Positions 55,653-64,000 of a stretch of DNA of 64,000 nucleotides are shown piece after piece; position 1 is the first letter of the stretch; every line of letters begins with the position of its first letter. The stretch is from Proteromonas lacertae. Taxonomy: Eukaryota. The stretch covers positions 62,001 to 126,000 of the forward strand of contig NGBS01000005.1 of assembly GCA_002245135.1 (NCBI GenBank), given 5' to 3'. The notes beneath the pieces were generated by a model. It ran no database searches and was not told the origin of the DNA. It worked only from the letters and a program-made list of their open reading frames with translations. The translations under genes and the position numbers were made by a program.

Positions 55653-57333
55653 TTAACCCCACCAACTTGGCCTTCCATAAAGTTGATTTTTGTTACTTCT
55701 CGTAGGCACAGCACGACCATATAAATTCTGTTGAGGTACTACAGGAGGTGCATCATATTTTGGTTTAGGTGGTTGATAATTATCATAATTTCTATTATTA
55801 GGTTTTCTTTGAGGTGAAAAAGCTGTTGGTTTTTCTAACATTCTTGCTATTTGACCTTTTGGTATTGGATCATCATTTTGTTGTTGTTGTTGTTGTTGTT
55901 GTTGTCTTTGCTGTTGTTGAACTGGTGGTGTTCTATCGTGATAAGAATAACGATTACGATTAGCACCATAACGATCATATCCTTGAGGTTGTTGTTGTAC
56001 TGGTTGAGGTGTTGGTCTATCATAATCACTACTATTATCATTACCATATAAATGACGAGGGAATTGTCTCTGTTGTTGTTGTGTTGGATGTAAATACATT
56101 TTATTATCACGTGGTGGTGGTTTTGGTGGTAAATGTTGTTGTTCCTCTTCTTGATAATGATGATGATGATGATGAGATGGTGGTGCAACTGGTGGTAATG
56201 ATGGAGTAGCATGTCCTCTTGGTATATCTTCTAATATTGGATCTAGACTTGGTGTCATTCTTTCTTTCTCTTTTCTTAATATTTCTTGACGATGTTCGGA
56301 TATTGGCCAAGCTTTAGGTGACATTGGTCGAGAATCTGGATAGCAGGGTTTAGGTAAATCATTAGTTAGTCTTTGAATATTACGAGGTACTTGAATTGTG
56401 TGTAATAAATCTACTTCATCTTCTTCAATATGAACTGGAACAACATTTTTGTATTTTTGAATTATTGGTGATTTTAATATCAATGCTACTGGTGGTCTAC
56501 TTGCTGGATTTGTTACTAATAATTGTTGGATCATCTTAGTCATGTCTTGACTGTATCTGGAGGGGATTCTTGGATATATACCACACTGGATTTTTCTACC
56601 TAGTTCTTCCATACTATTACCTACAAATGGTGGACGTAATGAAGCCATTTCGTATAAAATACATCCCAATGACCAAATATCACATTTACTGTCATATGCT
56701 CGATTCTTCCATATTTCTGGTGACATATAGTATGGAGTACCAATTTGCGTTTTTACTAAACCGTCATTCTTCACTAATTTTGATACATTGAAATCACCCA
56801 GTTTAATACCTCCATCGGAAGTCATGAAACAATTGGCTGGCTTAATATCTCTATGTAATATGTGATTATCATGAAGATAATGTAAACCTTCACAAATTTG
56901 AATAAAATAAGACCAAATTCTATTATTGGTATAGATAATGATTTATATATACTTTGCTTCTTCTAAAAATGATCCAGTCTTTTTACACTTTTCTATAATA
57001 CCCGCTAGATCACCTCTGTCACAGAATTCCATAACTATACACAAAGAAGCACCCTATTCACCATAAAACAATTATTTAATACGTCTACGAATGATTCTAA
57101 GTATCCTATAATGTTTGTATGACGTAAAGAAGCCATAAGTCTAATTTCGTTAACTGCATCCTGTAGCTCTCTTGCTGATAAAGATCTTATATTAATTTTT
57201 TTCATAGCATAAGCTAAGTTATCTGATTTACGTATAACCTATTTGAGTTAGTTTTGAGTAGATATACTTTATAAACTGCTCCAAAAGCTCCCTTCCCTAG
57301 AGCTTTCTCTATTCGAAAATTGTTAGTACTCAT
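55653..57333 (-). CDS. NIMA-related kinase (NEK, CNK2-like)
   Basis: GKGAFGAV, YAMKK, 'NEIRLMASL', HRDIKPAN, 'LGDFNVSK', 'TQIGTPYYMSPEIW', post-kinase 'LLHTIQVPRN...LPKPCY'. Three introns. Confidence 0.93.
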
Positions 57334-57475
57334 ATGTGAAAAAAATAAATAAATTTATCTGTATGTGTAGATATTTCAAAAACAATTTTTGAAAAAACAG
57401 TTTGAGAATTTTCAAATCTTTTTTTCTGTTATTTTTTTTTTGAATTTGAAAAACAAATTCCTTAAATACTTATTA

Positions 57476-59676
57476 TTAATTCAAATTTAATGTTCTTATT
57501 ATATTCCATATTTGAACACTCTGATTATGACCACATATACACAATCCATTTACTGAATCAATATACAAAATTGAAGTGATAGGTGTAACACATTTAAATG
57601 ATCTTATTGGAGTTATAGTTTTGCTTTCAATCTCATAAAACTCTATTTTCCCACTATATGTAGAAATACAAGAATAGAGTTTTTCTTTAATTTGAAACAT
57701 TTCAATTCCTGTTATTTTTTCTGTGTCGATAGAATTATTACTTATCAATTCAACTTCATTATCTTTAAATATATAAAAATACACTTCACCTTGAGTTGTT
57801 CCTGAAGTGATGTATAAAAACTCATCTAAACCTGCATATCTACTTATAATCACATTATCAGTATGTGGTGTAGAATATTTAACACTTGTAATGTAATAAT
57901 AGGAGTTTTGTATTATATCTCTTCCATATATTAACAAACCATAAGATTTGATGGAAATAATTAGATATTTATTACAAGGTGAAAATTGAAATGATGAAAA
58001 TGATTTAAATGTAATATCAGGTAGATTTGGTAAAGTTATTTCATTTAATCTATTCAATAACAATGAAGAACATTCTAATTTCTTAGTAGAATTATTAAAA
58101 TGATGTTCAAGTAGTTTATTATCTTTTCCACAAGAATATAAGTAGTAATTTGTATTATCTTCATTATCTTCTCCTGTTTTAACCCATTGTAATATCTGTA
58201 CAGATTTCTTACCTTGTTTCATTGGTGAATAAACAACGTTATTATTATTAATATTACATACTCCAATCATTCCACTGGATGTACCAAATGCAACTAATTT
58301 GTTGGATTGAGGAAACCATTTTACTGCTGTAACTTGATCTTTTATATTTCTCCACAATAATTTAGTAAAATTATCAGAATATTTCCATTCGACCATTGTA
58401 TTATCACCACAACCAATTATACAACTCTATTTATTACATATAAAACAATTAAAAAAATACATCAATAAATGGATTATAATCTATTGATAATGTATAACAA
58501 CCAATGGTTGTATATTTATATAATAATGCATAATTTGACATATTATAAACACACACTGTTCTATCCATAGATATTGAAATCATCACATGATATTTTACTA
58601 TATAAATAATAAACCATAAAATATTAATTGATATACTTCCATCTTCTATGAAATGAATTGGATGAATGACAAATATTGGTCTTGTTTGAAAGCTTAATTG
58701 ATATTCTGAAGATATTATTCTGTTTCTCCATTCAGGCAATATATTATAAGTATAAACAACTCCATCAGATCTATCATAAATAAATAAACTAATAAAAAGA
58801 TAATACGATGAAATAATAAATGACAATAATTCTGGAAAAGTCTCAACCCATTCAAATGTTATATATTTTCTATTCTGTGATTCTTTGTTATTATTATTAT
58901 TATTGTTATTATTGGCAATGGCTGGAAGATGTAAAAATACTTTCCAATCATTAATATTATATATATCTACACTTTCTCCATTCTTATATACAACTGTTAA
59001 TAAAGGAGGTATTACTGAAACTTCTTTTTTATTTCTTAAACATAATTTCAGAATTGGTTTATTTAATGAGATTTTGTTTGTAATGTTTGAAGTAGACAAA
59101 TCAAATGTTATAATATCGCCTGTAATTAGAGAAATGAAAAGAGTTGAAGGGTTTGAAAAGATAATTGATGTGATGGTCTTACCAAAATCGAATAATGTTG
59201 ATATTTCTAGTGCATTTATATCAATACTACATAAATGCCCTTCTTGGTCAGCACATAATATATCAGGATATAAAGGATCACTAATTATTATTGTTACCGG
59301 AGAAGAAGTAGGTAAAGATTTAATCATTTTCTGTGATACAAAATCATGGCATCTATAAAAAGTGTTAGAAACAATGATTATACTCAATTACATTATCACC
59401 ACAACATACGAACAACAAATATTTCTCTGGATTCTGATGACAAAAGGTTAATGCATTTATTTTATCATTTTCATGGTATATAGATGAGTTATATTTTAAT
59501 CCTTTTGATGATATTGTAAATATAACAGCAAAACTTGAAGATGCATATGCGAATAAAGAGTAAGGTGTTTCAATAAAAGAAGTGATCTAGTAAATCAATC
59601 ATTATAATGATACACAAGGTAAATACCAATTTGGACTTGAGAATAAGCAGTTTTCAATAACAATATTTTCTGACAT
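57476..59676 (-). CDS. GEMIN5: Gemin5-like WD40 protein (tandem beta-propellers only)
   Basis: Gemin5 signatures 'SPNWY', 'SISMDR', 'TIGCYTLSI', 'IGCGDN', 'W.NIK.QVTAV.W.P....AFGT..G.IGV'. Five introns. Confidence 0.75.
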
Positions 59677-59763
59677 GATTGACATGTCAATATTACAAAG
59701 GTTGTTTTTCTTTAGATTTCTAGTGTTACATCACTTTTCTAATTGAAGAAGCCACATATTTCA

Positions 59764-61509
59764 ATGCATTTACTCTTTTATACTCTGATTACATTGATAA
59801 TATTCATTAATAGTTCATATTGTTCTTTACTTTTGGTAGTTGGTGATGTAACTCAAACAAAAGCAAGAATTTTGTATATAACAGCTTTATTAATTGTAGA
59901 TATGAACTTTTATATGAAGAAGAAAGTGATTCTTTAAAAGTCCAGATTTATAAACATGTATCTGGAAAGTTACAATTAGTATTAATATATATACCAGTAT
60001 ATATCTTATGTAGGTTGATGATACACATACAATAATCCCTATCCATAAGCCACAAATATTCATAGCTGAAGATCTTGAAACAAATATCACTTATTCCGTT
60101 CAATTTGGAATGAATAAATCAGAAACTGTAGAATTCAGAACATTTGCAGAAAATGAAGAACATACAAGATACTTAATTGGTTCTTGCGATAGATCCTATG
60201 AAGATAATGATAGAACAACTCTTCAAAAACTCTATGATTTAGAGAACCACAATTAGTATTTATTTATTTCATTTATATTTATTCATAGTGATGTGATGTT
60301 TCATACAGGAGATCAAGTATATGCTGATAGAGTGTGGAATATGTCATTGGATTTAACATATGAAGAAATTGCTGAAAGATTTCGTAATGTTTATAGAATC
60401 ACTTATGGTAATCCAGTTCAGCAATCAATACTTCGTTATGGTTCTCATCTTGCATTACCTGATGATCATGATATTATTAATAATCTGGATTCTTGGATGA
60501 ATAATGATCCAAAGATGAGATTATGGATTGAAGCAGCAAAATTAGTGACTTATGAATATCAAACACAATTATATATGGATTTGGATGAAAAGCTATTGAA
60601 AAATGATAAAATCTATTACTCAAAAAGGTATAATTTTTGTTATTTTATATGTATATATTAAATATATATAGAGCAGGAAATACAATATTCATAATGATTG
60701 ATTTGAGATTCTACAGAACTTATCATCCTGAAGATAAAAATAGTTTGATAGGAAGAGAGCAATATAGATGGGTTGAAAGAGAATTAATGGTATATATATA
60801 TTAATATATTGTTACTAGAAATATGATAAAGATGAATCAATTCAACATATTGTTATTGTTACTGGAGTTCCATTACTGTGGATGAATAGATTTTATTCAG
60901 GAATAGTTTATGCAGTAGAAAAAGAGAAATACACAGGTCATAAAGATTTATATCCACATACTCAACAATTATTGGAATTAATATGGAAATATAGAACTAA
61001 AGTTCATTTATTAGTTGGTGGAGATCATCATTTATATGCTGAATCATTAGTTTGTTTTAATAAGACATGTATTCCTCAAGTATGTTTAATGTCATAATTT
61101 ATGAAATATATAGATGGTTGCAAGTGGATTTACAAAAGGAAGTACAACTGGTTCTGAGCTTAAATTATCATTTTTACAATTCTGTGTTACACATTTCTTA
61201 AATTCTTTCTCTGATAAGAATTGGTATGTTAGATTTGGAGAGATATTTTTGTTTAAGAATTATGGTGTTATTACTGTGAATAAAGATGAAATGAAATGGT
61301 ATGGAGTTAAAGATATATCTTTTTAATAATCATTTTAATATTATTGAAAATTCTTAATTCTTATTTACGATACAGGAGCTGCATTTCCATTTTATATATA
61401 TCAAGCTCTATTTGACCATTCTTTCGAATTATTTATGACTTTAATATTCATTACCATCAATGTATTCTTCAATTGTTTCTGTAAAAAGAAACATATAAAG
61501 AAAGAATAA
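59764..61509 (+). CDS. PhoD-like alkaline phosphatase/phosphodiesterase with signal peptide and C-terminal TM
   Basis: 'VGDVT', 'GSC', 'HTGDQVYAD', 'DDHDI', 'DLR..R', 'G.EQ..W', 'GGDHH'. The final TM exon is reached through an AT-AC intron. Confidence 0.85.
61315..61368 (+). other. U12-type AT-AC intron, 54 nt
   Basis: Donor ATATCTTT, branch site TTCTTAAT, acceptor TTTAC. Removal joins 'WYGVKD' to a 47-codon exon (DTGAAFPF...TM...KKHIKKE*). There is no GT-AG pair inside this spacer. Confidence 0.8.
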
Positions 61510-61754
61510 ATGAAAAGATTATAATTTATATAAATATTATTATTGTTTGTTAATGAGAAGAATTAAAAATAATACACAACACATTCATAAAAACAGAAAT
61601 AAGTATTAACTACTTTTAATTCATAAAAAACTTTTATCTTAAAAAAAACGATCATAAATCAAACACATAACAAGAATATATAGATAATTTTGTTTTTTGT
61701 ATATCTACAACTTATCATGTGTTAAATTTAAATAAATTTATAAAATGAATAATA

Positions 61755-63088
61755 TTACTTGAAATTGATATTTTCATTGGGAGTAATATATTCACAAGTA
61801 AGTGATCCATTTTCATACTTCGCTAAATATTGAATTGCTTTCTCAACGTAACTCTTACATATATTTCTATTAGACACAGAGGTATAACAATAATTCTGAC
61901 CACTTTTACATATTAAATATACATCACTACTTCGTGGAGATAAATAAGATGAAGGTGAAGAAGTAGCGCTAGTAGTTGTTGTAATTGTTAAAGGAGAAGA
62001 TGAATGAGATATAAGTGGTGAATTATTATTGCTATTATTATTATTTATAATATTATGTTGTAGATTATTATTGGTATTATTAGGTAAAACTGACAATAAC
62101 ATTTCTGGAGTATAACCTATTAAAGGACCTTGAATCAATGGTATGATTGTATTATTTCCATAATTGTTGTTATTGAGCATTGTTATACGATAGATTACTG
62201 CATGATCTAGTGATTGAATATCATGCGGACGAGTGTTAATCCAAGTCTTCAATTGTAATACAAACTCTAAGTTTGGATCTATACACTTTCGAATTGATTT
62301 GATTTTATCTTCAGCTTCTTCGTAGGATATATTACCTGAAACGGATAAATATGCAATTAATAGAGAAGGCGATCTACTTACACCCTTTTCACAATGAATT
62401 AATACCTTTCCATTTGAAGATACAGCATCATCAATGAAATTAAATGCATGATAAAAGTAACCAGTTATATCTTGAGTGTGATTATCACAGAGTGGTAAAT
62501 TTAAATACTTAAATCGCTCTGGAAAAGCACTTGGTACAATGGATGAAGCACAGTTTATTATATGAGTTATTCCGGTTTCCTATAGATGAATTAGTATTTA
62601 TAAATATATATTATACTGTTAATATTGCTACATTTTGAGCTATTTGGGATCCACCTAAATAAATAGTTTCTGTGATAGGTGAACATATCTGTGTAAAAGA
62701 CTGACTTGTATGTTGATATGAAGTATCACATGTGCTGGTATTGTTGATATTATCTACATCTAATGAAAGACCAGACAGTGCAGGCAGTCTAGCAGAAAAA
62801 GGATCTTTTCCTATAGGCAGGAGCTGGCTTTGCAGCAAAAGGAGATTCGCTACCAAGGTTGATTGAAGGAATCATCGCTCTACCAATTCTTCTGCCTTTA
62901 TCTATGTTTATAAAAACAATGCTCTTACTTAGACTGACAGGAGGTAATGTTGGAGTAGTAGATCCCACAGCTTTTAACGGTCTGTTTCGCCTGGAAGAGT
63001 TATAAATGATAACATACCCTGAGGATGGCGATGAACTGTCCGTCTTTTCTTCCATGTCAAAATTAAACGCAGCACTCTTAGTGTTCAT
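61755..63088 (-). CDS. Dual-specificity phosphatase, plant MKP1-like, with C-terminal gelsolin-like segment
   Basis: 'CSPITETIYLGG', 'GITHIINC', catalytic 'HCEKGVSRS', 'DPN..F..QL', then 'YRI' and 'QYLAKYE'. There is a frame break near 62789-62872. Confidence 0.85.
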
Positions 63089-63158
63089 ATTCTAAACTCA
63101 ATAAATCTTAAAAGTAAAACCACCCATAAACTCGGCTTGACTGTTTGTCATTTTTATA

Positions 63159-64000
63159 ATGAAAAAATACATATATCTCATTACACAAATTTTATTACTT
63201 ATAAGTAAGTTTTTATTCATATATACTTTTAGATGTTTATTCTATAAAAGTTGATTTAAAATGCACAGCTTGGAGGCAAACGCTTAATTGCGATCCAAAA
63301 GGTGAGAGAGATTCTTTATATGATAAAGTATTTTTTGAGATATACTGAAACAGGATTGTGATGAAATCATAATGGAAGGAGTATCTGGATTTTGTGAATG
63401 TGAAAATGGGAGAATCATCATGAATTCAACTTGCAATCATCCTGCATTTAAGTGCAAAAAGTATTGTGAAAGTTGTTATGGATTCATTCCAACAAAAGAT
63501 TGTTCTCCTTACAGCGAAGCATCTCCCGAATTATATTTACCATGTTCAAGTGTAATACCAACAAACCAACCTGGATTCTGTCTCTGTAATAATGGAAAAA
63601 TAGAAAAAAGAGTTGGTTGTTTCCATGAACCATTTACATGTATAGATGTATGTTTAGAATCAATAACAAGGAGATGTTCCAAACTGCAAAAAGAACCAAT
63701 ATCAACTCCACAAGGTGGTGTATATATATATATATATATATATTTATTATTATTGTATTAAATAGGATTGTAAAGGAATCTTAAGAGTACATAATACTTT
63801 ATATGAAGGGATTTATATATTACTATTAGTTCCACCGCCTGAAATAGAACATTCTGTAGGAGGAATGAGTTCATTATCAGTGCAAACAATCACGGGATTA
63901 TGTCCAGGAGCTCATTTTATATTCAGAGGAAGTGAAGATAAAAGAATAATAAAACAGTTTATCTATGATGGTTCTACAACTGATATAGAATTAAGTGATT
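63159..64000 (+). CDS. Secreted/surface protein with two Cys-rich modules (C-x2-WRQT-x2-C...SG-F-C-E-C); 3' partial
   Basis: Signal peptide MKKYIYLITQILLLINVYS. Spliced 'CTAWRQTLNCDPKGER..DC..SGFCEC..C.H..F.C...C' is followed by a second degenerate copy. Confidence 0.75.

Noticed and set aside
2828..59358. Many short antisense or overlapping ORFs in the track (e.g. 29282-29812, 37265-37618, 55847-56212, 58885-59358)
   Set aside because: They are shadows of real genes or of trinucleotide repeats and carry no motifs of their own.
59587..59613. GT-AG U12 intron in Gemin5 (donor GTATCATT)
   Set aside because: It mismatches the CC of the U12 donor, has no clear U12 branch site, and its 27-nt length is typical of the U2 introns here.
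9445..61551. Blastocystis-type stop codons created by polyadenylation (TGTTTGTT motif)
   Set aside because: TGTTTGTT or near matches follow a few genes (~9618-9625 minus, ~19428, ~61544), but every completed gene model has a genomically encoded stop.
1..64000. Alternative genetic code or stop-codon readthrough
   Set aside because: Almost all ORF interruptions are explained by short introns; TAA, TAG and TGA all end genes; multi-kb exons are stop-free.
1..64000. tRNA, rRNA, snRNA, transposon, CRISPR array
   Set aside because: No cloverleaf, transposase or RT motifs, terminal repeats or repeat-spacer arrays were seen by eye. A covariance-model search was not possible.

Overview
This is very AT-rich, gene-dense eukaryotic nuclear DNA with about 28 protein-coding genes. 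The genes are split by tiny spliceosomal introns (mostly about 24-47 nt, typically GTAT...TAG), intergenic spacers are very short, and many genes sit head-to-head. Tiny introns, AT-AC minor introns and flagellar/basal-body genes (BBS5, CFAP77, centrin-3, a CNK2-like NEK) suggest a flagellated protist, plausibly a stramenopile near Proteromonas/Blastocystis; this is an inference. The standout is a ~3,855-aa predicted class C (7tm_3) GPCR at 43688-55408. Its ectodomain is a chain of nine tandem Venus-flytrap domains resembling bacterial urea-binding UrtA/AmiC periplasmic proteins. Other notable items are two AT-AC U12-type introns, a WD40-only Gemin5, an EF-hand-CFAP77 fusion, a recurrent GCTTGA promoter motif, and four reading-frame breaks that lack a typical intron. 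No tRNA, rRNA, transposon or CRISPR was seen. All gene models were spliced by eye, and family calls rest on remembered motifs rather than database searches.
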